From NCBI GenBank assembly GCA_963664705.1, contig OY761556.1, forward strand, positions 5,952,001 to 6,016,000: 64,000 bases of DNA, in the 5' to 3' direction. Shown one piece after another: positions 27,711 to 36,221 of the stretch. The notes beneath the pieces were generated by a model. It did not search any database and was not told the origin of the DNA. It was given only the letters and a program-made list of their open reading frames with translations. The translations under genes and the position numbers were made by a program. This stretch comes from Acidobacteriota bacterium (lineage in GTDB: Bacteria; Acidobacteriota; UBA6911). Numbering within the stretch: the first letter of the stretch is position 1; the number at the start of each line of letters is the position of its first letter.

Positions 27711-29966
27711 ATGGCAGATATTGATGGCAGCAATGGGCAGAGAACCGAATTCAAGGCCGTTGGCCGGGCCAATGTGCCCGGTAAACTGTCCTACTCGATA
27801 GCTTCAGGAAGGGCTAAATTCGGCAGCGATTGCGTCGTGCCCGACATGCTCTTTGCCAAATTTCTCAGAAATCCCCATGGCCGCGCAAAGATCAAAAGCA
27901 TGGATATCAGCAAAGCCAAGGCTCTGGAGGGTGTGGTCGATATTGTCACCTGGGATGATCCGGATATTCTGAATATGAAAGGGACGCGTGAGCCCCTTAT
28001 TCCGGATGAATCCGATACTGAAAACGAAGAGATCGGTGCATGTGTTGTGGCGGTCACTCCCGAAATCTGCGATGAGGCCTTGAAGCAAATCAAGGTAGAT
28101 TGGGAAGTATTTCCAACGGTCGTGGATCCGCGGGACAGCATGAAGACCGGTGGAGTTTTCGTTCGCGTTGATCCGAAAGACATGAAGGGAAATTTTGCCA
28201 CCGGAGATGTTGAAGCCGGATTCAAGGAGGCGGATCAGATCGCGGAATTCGATTGGGCTCAATCCCTCATGGCTTCGCACATTCCAAATCCAAATGGAAG
28301 CGTAGCCTGGTGGGCACAGGATCCATTGGGGATCGAGGGACCGGCTCTGTATATCGAGGGGGTGTTCCCTACCTGGGGCGCTTATCAACTGCGTCCGATG
28401 TATAACGTCAATTTCGATAAGCTCTATCGCGGCACCACATTTCAGGGGGGCAAATATTGCGACTGGATGTTCCGCCGCGCTTCTCTGATCACGCCATTGC
28501 TGGCCAGGAGAGCCGGACGCCCCGTTCGCTGCATGAATACGCGGCAGGATGATTTTTATACTTCAAATCCGCAGCGATACAGCCACGTCAAGTTCGGGTT
28601 CAAAAAGGATGGAACGATTACGGCTGTTCATGAATCCACGGTCAGCGATTCGGGAGCTCCCGGCAAGGGGGCGCGTGGCGGTGGTTTCGGAGCGTTCGAA
28701 GCCAGGTACAGTCCCTTCAATACAACCCGGTGCGTGAATCTGAAGAGCGAGTCACTCGGCGCTTATACCAGCTCGGGCAAAGTGACCGGCAGTCAGACCT
28801 CGCCCTATAACTGGGATGCCATGACCATTGCGGAACAGATTATCGCTGAAAAGCTTGGCATGGATGTGACCGACGTGGCGCTGAAGAACGTTCACGGTCC
28901 TGCCTCCCAGGCAGATCCCGGAGTTCCTCCCGGCCTGGCGGAATGTATTGAAAAAGGGAAGAAGGCCATGAACTGGAAGTGGCATTCCGCCGGGGCCAAA
29001 AAGCTTCCGGACGGCAGGATGCACGGGCTGAGTTTCCGATACGCTCAATCGCCGCGTCATGCCATGCAGCCCTACACAGCGACCGTGACCATCCAAGGGG
29101 ACAATAAAGTATACGTGCCGCTCAAGGGTCCCTGGATCGGTGTGTATGCCGCGGATGCCTGCGCTCTGGTCGTTGCAGAGGAAATGGGTGCAAAAGTCGA
29201 AGACGTGATTCTACTTTACGACAATAAGGCTCTCTTTACCCCGGTTGGCGGAGGAAGCGACGGAACGACTGCATCGGCCTGGGTGATGAAAGAAGCCGCA
29301 GTGGCCTGCAAGAAAGCGCTTTTGGATCTGGCGGCAACCAGGCTCAAATGCAAGCCGGGAGATCTGGAAACAAGAGATACAATGGTTTTTCGCAAGTCGG
29401 ATCCAGGCAAGGGGACTCCGTTTGGGCAGTTCATTGCCGACGAAGGGTTCAGTGATCATGATCTCGATATCGCGGCGACCTACTTCGGGCGGCCGCCGGA
29501 AACGACGTGGTCCAAAGGCGGACACATCCTTGATGTGATGAATGCCAGTTTCTGCGAAGTCGCGGTTGATACGGAAACCGGCGGTGTTGAAGTGACCAAG
29601 TTTGTGGTTGCCTGCGATCCGGGGAAGGTGCTGAGGATGACGTCGTTTGAGGGGCAGTTGCACCAGGCGATGTTCTTCAGCCAGGGCGGCGGTTTATCGG
29701 AGGAGTGGATTTACGACAAGGCTACGGGCGTAAAACTCAGCACGAACATGTTTGAGTATAAAAAGCCCACCATCCTGGATTTCGGAGCGATCGACACATG
29801 CGCGGTCGAGTCCCGGTCAGGAAATGCCTGCTATGGTGCGTCCGGCATCAGCCACTGCATGGCGGCTCCACTGCTTCCGGTTTGCGCCGTGGCCAATGCG
29901 ATAGGGAAGTGGATTCAGCCTCCAGTAACTCCGGATAAGGTGCTCCGGGCACTCGGTAAGGCATAG
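27711..29966 (+). CDS. Xanthine dehydrogenase-family molybdopterin-binding large subunit (stand-alone paralog)
   Basis: FLRNPHGRA, GDVEAGF, GRPVR, AEKLGMD, EVAVDTETG, EGQ, PVTPDKVL. Confidence 0.9.
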   Translation: MADIDGSNGQRTEFKAVGRANVPGKLSYSIASGRAKFGSDCVVPDMLFAKFLRNPHGRAKIKSMDISKAKALEGVVDIVTWDDPDILNMKGTREPLIPDESDTENEEIGACVVAVTPEICDEALKQIKVDWEVFPTVVDPRDSMKTGGVFVRVDPKDMKGNFATGDVEAGFKEADQIAEFDWAQSLMASHIPNPNGSVAWWAQDPLGIEGPALYIEGVFPTWGAYQLRPMYNVNFDKLYRGTTFQGGKYCDWMFRRASLITPLLARRAGRPVRCMNTRQDDFYTSNPQRYSHVKFGFKKDGTITAVHESTVSDSGAPGKGARGGGFGAFEARYSPFNTTRCVNLKSESLGAYTSSGKVTGSQTSPYNWDAMTIAEQIIAEKLGMDVTDVALKNVHGPASQADPGVPPGLAECIEKGKKAMNWKWHSAGAKKLPDGRMHGLSFRYAQSPRHAMQPYTATVTIQGDNKVYVPLKGPWIGVYAADACALVVAEEMGAKVEDVILLYDNKALFTPVGGGSDGTTASAWVMKEAAVACKKALLDLAATRLKCKPGDLETRDTMVFRKSDPGKGTPFGQFIADEGFSDHDLDIAATYFGRPPETTWSKGGHILDVMNASFCEVAVDTETGGVEVTKFVVACDPGKVLRMTSFEGQLHQAMFFSQGGGLSEEWIYDKATGVKLSTNMFEYKKPTILDFGAIDTCAVESRSGNACYGASGISHCMAAPLLPVCAVANAIGKWIQPPVTPDKVLRALGKA

Positions 29967-29980
29967 CATTGACTAAAGGA

Positions 29981-30025
29981 TTCGTGAGATCCGCGGCGGA
30001 AAAGTCCTGCCGCGGATCTCACGAA
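29981..30025. terminator. Hairpin between convergent genes
   Basis: TTCGTGAGATCCGCGGC ... GCCGCGGATCTCACGAA (17-bp stem). Confidence 0.65.
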
Positions 30026-30635
30026 CTCCAAAGCTGTGTCGGCGTGACATGCTTTTCCCTGGCAGGGAAGAGTTTTTCGAATTCAGCAAGTTCCTCGGCT
30101 TTTATGTGGTAGACCTCATCTTCAAAAAAGCATCCCGCAACCCCGCGGAGGCGGCCCGGTGCCAGTTCCACTCCCATGAAATGGTCGTAGCTTTTCCCGT
30201 CCGATGCCAGGATGCCAAAATGTTCTGCATTTCTAAATCCGAACCGAGGGTAGTAGGCAGGGCTTCCCATCAGAAACACGCCGCGAAATCCCAGCTCCTT
30301 GCGCGCGACAGGCTCTCGAGGATAAGGCGTCCTCCAATCCCCTGTCTCTGATAATTGGGATGGACCGTTACGGGCCCCAGGCAGAGTAGCTCGAATTCGA
30401 GCCCCTCATTTCCTTGCACGCGCGCTCGTGAATACATGATGTTGCCGACAAGAAGATCTCCGCTGCAGGCGACCAGGTCCAGATCTGCAACAAAAGCCGA
30501 AGAATTTCTGAGCTTATGCACTACGAGGTGCTCATCGCAACCCGGTTTATAAATATCCCAGAAGGCGTCGCGAGTAAGAATCTCGATTTCCCGGTAGTCT
30601 TCAGGTTTCTCCGGGCGGATGATAATGGCTGTCAT
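30019..30635 (-). pseudogene. YhbS-like GNAT N-acetyltransferase split by a 1-nt frameshift near 30300 (pseudogene or sequencing error)
   Basis: The 5' ORF has IRPE..AFW..LGPVTVHPNYQRQGIGGRLI. After ..SRA the expected KELGFRGVFLMGSPAYYPRFGF continues in another frame. Confidence 0.8.
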
Positions 30636-30660
30636 TTAATACTCCTGTTTGCGACACTGC

Positions 30661-30780
30661 CTCTACCGGGAAGCGCCGCCGTCCCGCCTAATGTCCCATG
30701 GTATTTGCAGAATTTCAGATTCCAGACTCCAGATTTCAGATTCCAGGCCAAGACCGGGGAGTACTCACTGGGCACGCCGC
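30661..30780 (+). repeat. Dispersed copy of the 94-bp repeat (tail fragment plus one unit with 5 heptamers)
   Basis: ..GGAAGCGCCGCCGTCC.., then from 30701 GTATTTGCAGAA(heptamer)x5 CCAAGACCGGGGAGTACTCACTGGG. Confidence 0.8.
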
Positions 30781-30803
30781 CGGTCGGTTCCGGTGGGCCC
30801 GAC

Positions 30804-33191
30804 TTATTTCACTTTGAGCACTTCCTGTAATTTACCGGCAAGCTCTCTGGAGTTATAGGGTTTTTGCAGGAAATGGACGCCTGGATCCAAAATTCCCTGG
30901 TGCGCAATCACATTTGCCGTGTACCCGGAAATAAAGAGCCTCTTAATGGCGGGATGAAGCGTCATCACATTGTCTGCAAGTTCGCGACCATTCATTTCGG
31001 GCATGACCATATCAGTAACCAGCACATGGATATCTCCGTCATATTTCTTTGCGAGCTGGATGGCTTCGATCGGCGAGTGGGCAGGCAATACAGAATAGCC
31101 CTGCTGTTCCAGCATGCGTGTAGTTAATCGCAGGATAGCCGGCTCGTCTTCGACAAGAAGGATGGTCTGATTGTTGCCGCGTGCCGGATTGGGCAAGGCT
31201 TCCGCAGGCTCCAGTTGCTTCTCGGAATGCCGTGGCAGGTAGATGAAAAATGCCGTTCCTTGACCGCTTTCGCTATGGACATCAATGTAGCCATGGTTTT
31301 GTTTGACAATGCCGTAGGTGGTTGCCAGGCCAAGCCCCGTTCCAACCCCGATCTTCTTTGTGGTGAAGAAAGGTTCGAAAATCTGACTGAGCGATTCGGA
31401 ATCAATACCACTGCCGTTATCGCGAACGATGAGCCGGACATAGTCACCGGCAAACGATCCGGGATGGGTGGATGTGAATTCCAAGTCAAGGCTGACGTTA
31501 TCGGTTTCCAGCGTGATCCTGCCCGGCCCGACGATGGCATCTCTTGAATTGACAAAGAGATTCGCGAGAACCTGGTCAAGTTGTGACGGATCGATCTTGA
31601 TGGGCCACAGATTTTTGCCCGGCGCCCAGTCCAGGACGATATTTTCGCCGATCAGTCTTTCCAGCATTCGGAGCATGCCCGAAATGGTTTCGTTCAGGTT
31701 CAGAACTCTCGGTTGAATCGTCTGCTTTCGGGCAAAAGCCAGGAGTTGTCGGGTAAGGTCCGCTGAGCGTTTGCCTGCCTTCAGAATCTCGCTTAGATCC
31801 GCATATAGAGGGTGACTGGGATCCAGTTCGTCCAGAACCATCTCCGCGTGTCCCATGATCACGCCGAGCATGTTGTTGAAATCATGGGCGACTCCGCCGG
31901 CCAGCCGGCCGACCGATTCCATCTTTTGTGCCTGCAGAAGCTGGGCGGCCAGTTTTGCCTTGTCTTCCTCCGCCCGTTTGCGTTCCGTGATATCGCGCGC
32001 AAATGCACAAATATAGCTTTGATCCTCAAAATCCACATAGGTGGATTCGACTTCGACGGGAAACTCAGTCCCGTCCTTTCTGCGATGAACCGTTTCCACC
32101 GATACCGTTCCACTTTCCTGGATTTCCTTCCAGGAATTGCGCCAGGTGTTTTCTATCCTGGGGCTCACGTCCGCAATATGCCTGTTCAGCAACTCTTCGC
32201 GCGTATAGCCGACCGATCTGCAGGCGGAGTCATTGACATAAATGAAACGACCATCGGAATTGGTCCAGAAGGCCGCATCGGAAGCGAGATCAATCGATCG
32301 CTTCATGATATTGAGCGTAAGCTCCGCCTTTTTGCGTTCGGTAATGTCTTCAAAAATGCAGGCAAACTGGTTGGGGGCCGGACGGAAAACCGACACCATG
32401 AAATATTTCCTGATTTCAGGCCGATAGTTTTCGAACGAGACCGGTTCCCCGGTGAGAGCCACCTTGGCATAATGGTCCATCCATCCGGGTTCTCTATTCG
32501 GAAATACTTGCAGGGCCGATTTTCCCAGCAGGGAGTCGGCCTGCAGGCCGGACATGCGTTCGAAGGCCGGATTTACCGCGAGATAGCGAAAATCGACAGG
32601 AATGGCGGCGCCATTGCAGATAACTTCGCTCAGCATGAAACCATTGCGCATTTCCCTGAAAAGCGTATGGTATTTTTCCTCGGCCCGGCGGGCAGCCGTC
32701 ACATCCCGGCTGACAGATAGAACGGATTTTACTTCTCCCTGCGCATTGAATTCCGCGACAAATCGCCAGTCAAAGTATATTCGTCCCTGTTCGCTATTAA
32801 AGGCGAACTCTGTTTCATAGGATTTGCCCGTATCAAAGACGCGCTGAAGAGCTCTTTCCCAGAGCTGGCAATGCTCCTCGGAAAATCCCAGTTCACGGTG
32901 GGTTTTGCCTATGAAATACTCCGACGGTTGCCCGGTTATTTCCGTAATATTGTCGGTTACATATTGATGCCGAAAATTACGATCGAAGCGACTCACGATA
33001 TCCGGAAGGCTTGAAATCAAGGCACGAAATGCTTCGTCCTTCTCCTGCTGTATTTCAGATGAAATATCCCCGCTGCCTCGAGCCGGGGGAGCGGATTTGT
33101 CGCTGGATTCCGGGTGCTCTTCGGCATTTCTTTCATGGCTGGATGGCGCTGTCTCAGAATTTGCTTTGATTGAGTTATTCCTGTCGGGCAT
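30804..33191 (-). CDS. Cytoplasmic hybrid histidine kinase (3x PAS-HisKA-HATPase-REC)
   Basis: GVAHDFNNML, NSRDAI, PFFTTK, GTGLGL, LLVEDE..TDMVMP. The start could be 33227. Confidence 0.92.
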   Translation of the reverse strand: MPDRNNSIKANSETAPSSHERNAEEHPESSDKSAPPARGSGDISSEIQQEKDEAFRALISSLPDIVSRFDRNFRHQYVTDNITEITGQPSEYFIGKTHRELGFSEEHCQLWERALQRVFDTGKSYETEFAFNSEQGRIYFDWRFVAEFNAQGEVKSVLSVSRDVTAARRAEEKYHTLFREMRNGFMLSEVICNGAAIPVDFRYLAVNPAFERMSGLQADSLLGKSALQVFPNREPGWMDHYAKVALTGEPVSFENYRPEIRKYFMVSVFRPAPNQFACIFEDITERKKAELTLNIMKRSIDLASDAAFWTNSDGRFIYVNDSACRSVGYTREELLNRHIADVSPRIENTWRNSWKEIQESGTVSVETVHRRKDGTEFPVEVESTYVDFEDQSYICAFARDITERKRAEEDKAKLAAQLLQAQKMESVGRLAGGVAHDFNNMLGVIMGHAEMVLDELDPSHPLYADLSEILKAGKRSADLTRQLLAFARKQTIQPRVLNLNETISGMLRMLERLIGENIVLDWAPGKNLWPIKIDPSQLDQVLANLFVNSRDAIVGPGRITLETDNVSLDLEFTSTHPGSFAGDYVRLIVRDNGSGIDSESLSQIFEPFFTTKKIGVGTGLGLATTYGIVKQNHGYIDVHSESGQGTAFFIYLPRHSEKQLEPAEALPNPARGNNQTILLVEDEPAILRLTTRMLEQQGYSVLPAHSPIEAIQLAKKYDGDIHVLVTDMVMPEMNGRELADNVMTLHPAIKRLFISGYTANVIAHQGILDPGVHFLQKPYNSRELAGKLQEVLKVK

Positions 33192-33437
33192 GAGGGACCC
33201 TCCGAAGAGCAGGTGATACCAGTACATTAGCAGATATTTAGAATAGTGGCGCTTGAATTTATTAAAGGGCGCAGGACTCAGCGAGGCAATTCTGGCTTTG
33301 TGAGTGAATTCACGCGGCAGTTCCGGTGATCTTTAGGCAATACTTTTCTTTGACTTGCGGTGCTGCAAAAACGCGAGTATGTTCCTCTCTGCGTGTTCTC
33401 TGCATTCATACATCCCACGCAGTTTGGAGAATAAGCA

Positions 33438-34520
33438 TTGAATCATTCTGACTCCCATAAGCGGCATGTTATTGCGCTGCCGTGGATTCTGTTTGCCTTG
33501 GCGATCCTGCTGGTCCACCCTCTTAATGCAGCCCCAAAACAGAAGCATGAGAAACGGGCGGCAAGCGCTCTGCCAAAATCATCCGCCGTAAAGAAAAGCG
33601 TGCGCGCTAAAAAGCCGGTGCAGTCCGCTGCTGTTGCCGAGAAAGCAAAACCGAAAAGAAAATATCCAGCCGGGGAGGACCCGGATTTTGCAGCGGAGTG
33701 TGGATGGCCCGTGAAAGGGCCACAGCTCCTTGCCGGTTCGATTCTTCCCGGAAAAAGGATCGTTGCCTATTATGGAAATCCTTTGTCCCGGAAAATGGGT
33801 GTCCTCGGCGAATATCCCAAAGACGAAATGCTGCGAAGGTTCAAAGCGGAAGTGGAGAAATGGGGGAAAGCGGATCCCACGCATGCGGTGCAGCCGGCAC
33901 TTCATCTTATCGCAGTAGTGGCACAGGGGAAACCCGGACCGGCGGGCAAATACCGGATGGTGATGCCGGATAAAATCATCAATGATATGTATGGATGGGC
34001 CAAGGAGGCGCATGCAATACTATTCATCGATATCCAGACGGGGCAGGACGATATCCGCGCTCTCCTTCCGCACTTCGAGTGGATACTGAAAAATCCGGAT
34101 GTTCACCTTGCGATCGATCCCGAGTTCAACCTGATCAGAAGCGGGAAAATCCCTGGCACTAAAATAGGCACCCTCGATGCTGCCGATGTGAACTATGCGT
34201 CCGGCTATCTGCAGGGTCTTGTGAAGAAATACAATCTGCCACCCAAGGTGCTGATCGTGCATCGTTTCACCAAGAACATGGTGACGAATGCGAAACAGAT
34301 CGCGCTTCATCGCGAAGTCCAGATGGTTATGAATATGGATGGCTGGGGGCTGCCGCCGCTCAAGAGGAATACATACAAAGAATATATCGTGCGGGAACCG
34401 GTGCAGTTTACAGGCTTCAAGCTTTTCTATCACAACGACACAAAAAAAGGGGGCGGACTCCTCCAGCCGCAGGATTTGTTGAGACTGTGTCCAACGCCGA
34501 TCTATATTCAGTATCAATAA
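33438..34520 (+). CDS. Exported conserved hypothetical protein (Lys-rich linker plus probable TIM-barrel-like domain)
   Basis: Signal or TM segment, IVAYYGNP..GVLGE, DIQTG, AIDPEF, HRF, MDGWG, GFKLFY. Confidence 0.75.
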   Translation: MNHSDSHKRHVIALPWILFALAILLVHPLNAAPKQKHEKRAASALPKSSAVKKSVRAKKPVQSAAVAEKAKPKRKYPAGEDPDFAAECGWPVKGPQLLAGSILPGKRIVAYYGNPLSRKMGVLGEYPKDEMLRRFKAEVEKWGKADPTHAVQPALHLIAVVAQGKPGPAGKYRMVMPDKIINDMYGWAKEAHAILFIDIQTGQDDIRALLPHFEWILKNPDVHLAIDPEFNLIRSGKIPGTKIGTLDAADVNYASGYLQGLVKKYNLPPKVLIVHRFTKNMVTNAKQIALHREVQMVMNMDGWGLPPLKRNTYKEYIVREPVQFTGFKLFYHNDTKKGGGLLQPQDLLRLCPTPIYIQYQ

Positions 34521-34534
34521 AAGGGAGCTCTCGA

Positions 34535-35527
34535 TTATCGGCGGCCGAAAAATGAGAAGACCCAGGCCATGATACCTCCGGCTAAAGCTGACGCCGGAAG
34601 CGTGAGAACCCACGCCATAACAATTTTCCGCGTAAGCCCCCATCGCACCGCCTTCACGCGATGTGCGGAGCCAACTCCCATAATCGTAGTGGCGGCGACA
34701 TGAGTCGTCGAGATAGGCGCACCTTTCCAGGCGGCTGCTTGCATGACCAGCGCTGCTGCTGTCTGCGCCGCGAAGCCATCGGCCGGTGTCATCTTGAAAA
34801 GGCGTACTCCGAGAGTGAGGATGATGCGCTTTCCTCCGGCGAAGGTCCCCAGACCGATAGCGAGGGAGCATGCCAGTTTGACCCACAGCGGAACACTGGG
34901 TGTTGAAATGGCTCCGGTAACAAATAGCGCCAGCGTAATGATGCCCATCGTTTTTTGCGCGTCATTTAATCCATGGGAGAGAGCCATGAAACTGGCTGAA
35001 AGTATCTGGGCGCGTTTGAAATTGCGGTTCGCGGGTCCCGGTGAGGCGGAGTAGCAGATTCGGCCGAGGACGACGGTCAGGATCAGGCCCATCAGAAAAC
35101 CAAGAACCGGCGAGACTACAGTCGGGATGACCACTTTGAACAGAATCCCCATCCACTGCACACCGGTTGGGCCATAATCCACGATAACGGCACCCGCGAT
35201 GCCTCCGATCAGGCAGTGGGATGAGCTGGAGGGGATCCCATAGTACCAGGTAAGGAGATTCCAGAATATGGCCCCAATCAGACCCGCAAAGACAACGGGC
35301 AGCGAAACGACGCTGGGGACAACGATTCCCGTGGCTATCGTCATTGCAACCACCGTCGACATCATCCCACCGACAACGTTGAGAACAGCCGCAAGAATCA
35401 ATGCGGAATTTAGCGACAGTGCGCGCGTGGATATCGATGTCGCAATGGCATTTGCGGCATCATGAAATCCATTGGTAAAGTCGAAGATAAGAGCGGTGAT
35501 AATAACGGCGTACAGCATCCATTCCAT
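34535..35527 (-). CDS. Inorganic phosphate transporter, PiT family
   Basis: NGFHDAANAIAT, PSSSSH, HGLNDAQKTMG, PISTTH. Confidence 0.93.
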   Translation of the reverse strand: MEWMLYAVIITALIFDFTNGFHDAANAIATSISTRALSLNSALILAAVLNVVGGMMSTVVAMTIATGIVVPSVVSLPVVFAGLIGAIFWNLLTWYYGIPSSSSHCLIGGIAGAVIVDYGPTGVQWMGILFKVVIPTVVSPVLGFLMGLILTVVLGRICYSASPGPANRNFKRAQILSASFMALSHGLNDAQKTMGIITLALFVTGAISTPSVPLWVKLACSLAIGLGTFAGGKRIILTLGVRLFKMTPADGFAAQTAAALVMQAAAWKGAPISTTHVAATTIMGVGSAHRVKAVRWGLTRKIVMAWVLTLPASALAGGIMAWVFSFFGRR

Positions 35528-35645
35528 AAGTCATCAGCCCGATCAGACGAAAACACATCCCATTTCCGAATATCACGGATATCTGGAAGTGAGCGGATGA
35601 TCCTATACCAATATGCGGGAGAAAAGAACCCTGAATGCGAAATTG

Positions 35646-36062
35646 TCAGACCGGGCTGTCCTTTGGTGCCGGCCCAAATTCCTTTTCTTCCCACATGTCG
35701 TAGCCGGTAGCCGTGGATGAAGCCTGCGACAGAATGGCCAGGGCACACACGATATGAATCCCGCGCAACACAGATAAAGCATAAGGCAATTGGGGCGCCA
35801 GGTGGGCAATGCCGCCCATGGCTGCGCCAACAACAAGCTGAAAAAAGGAAAGTCCTGCCGTCACCTTGCTGATGCGCTTCAGCCTGTCGGGAACGGATAA
35901 TGCTCCAAGCTTCCGTGCGTTACCTGAAACCACAAGCAGCATCAGAATCCCCAGGACCGCATGTACGGGGAATCCGGCATAAGCTCCCATCCATCTCGGG
36001 ATCAGTACACAGGAGAAAAACGCAAGCCAGACCGTATTATAGAGCTTTCGCCACAATTCCAT
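35646..36062 (-). CDS. Four-TM membrane protein
   Basis: Hydrophobic helices with His residues. GGAGG RBS. Confidence 0.7.
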   Translation of the reverse strand: MELWRKLYNTVWLAFFSCVLIPRWMGAYAGFPVHAVLGILMLLVVSGNARKLGALSVPDRLKRISKVTAGLSFFQLVVGAAMGGIAHLAPQLPYALSVLRGIHIVCALAILSQASSTATGYDMWEEKEFGPAPKDSPV

Positions 36063-36074
36063 ATCTTCCTCCGT

Positions 36075-36151
36075 CCGGGATTCCAGATTCCGGATTCCAG
36101 ATTCTAATCTGAAACCTGAAATCCTAAATCTGAAATCTTGAATCCGAAATC
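36075..36151. repeat. Inverted heptamer (TTCCAGA/TCTGAAA) array forming a hairpin
   Basis: GATTCCAGATTCCGGATTCCAGATT.. then AATCTGAAACCTGAAATCCTAAATCTGAAATC. Confidence 0.65.
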
Positions 36152-36221
36152 AGTCCGAAGGCTGCTATGATACAAACTCATTTTTTTAAACGAATGAGTA
36201 AAAATATGCGGAGGTAGTTCT

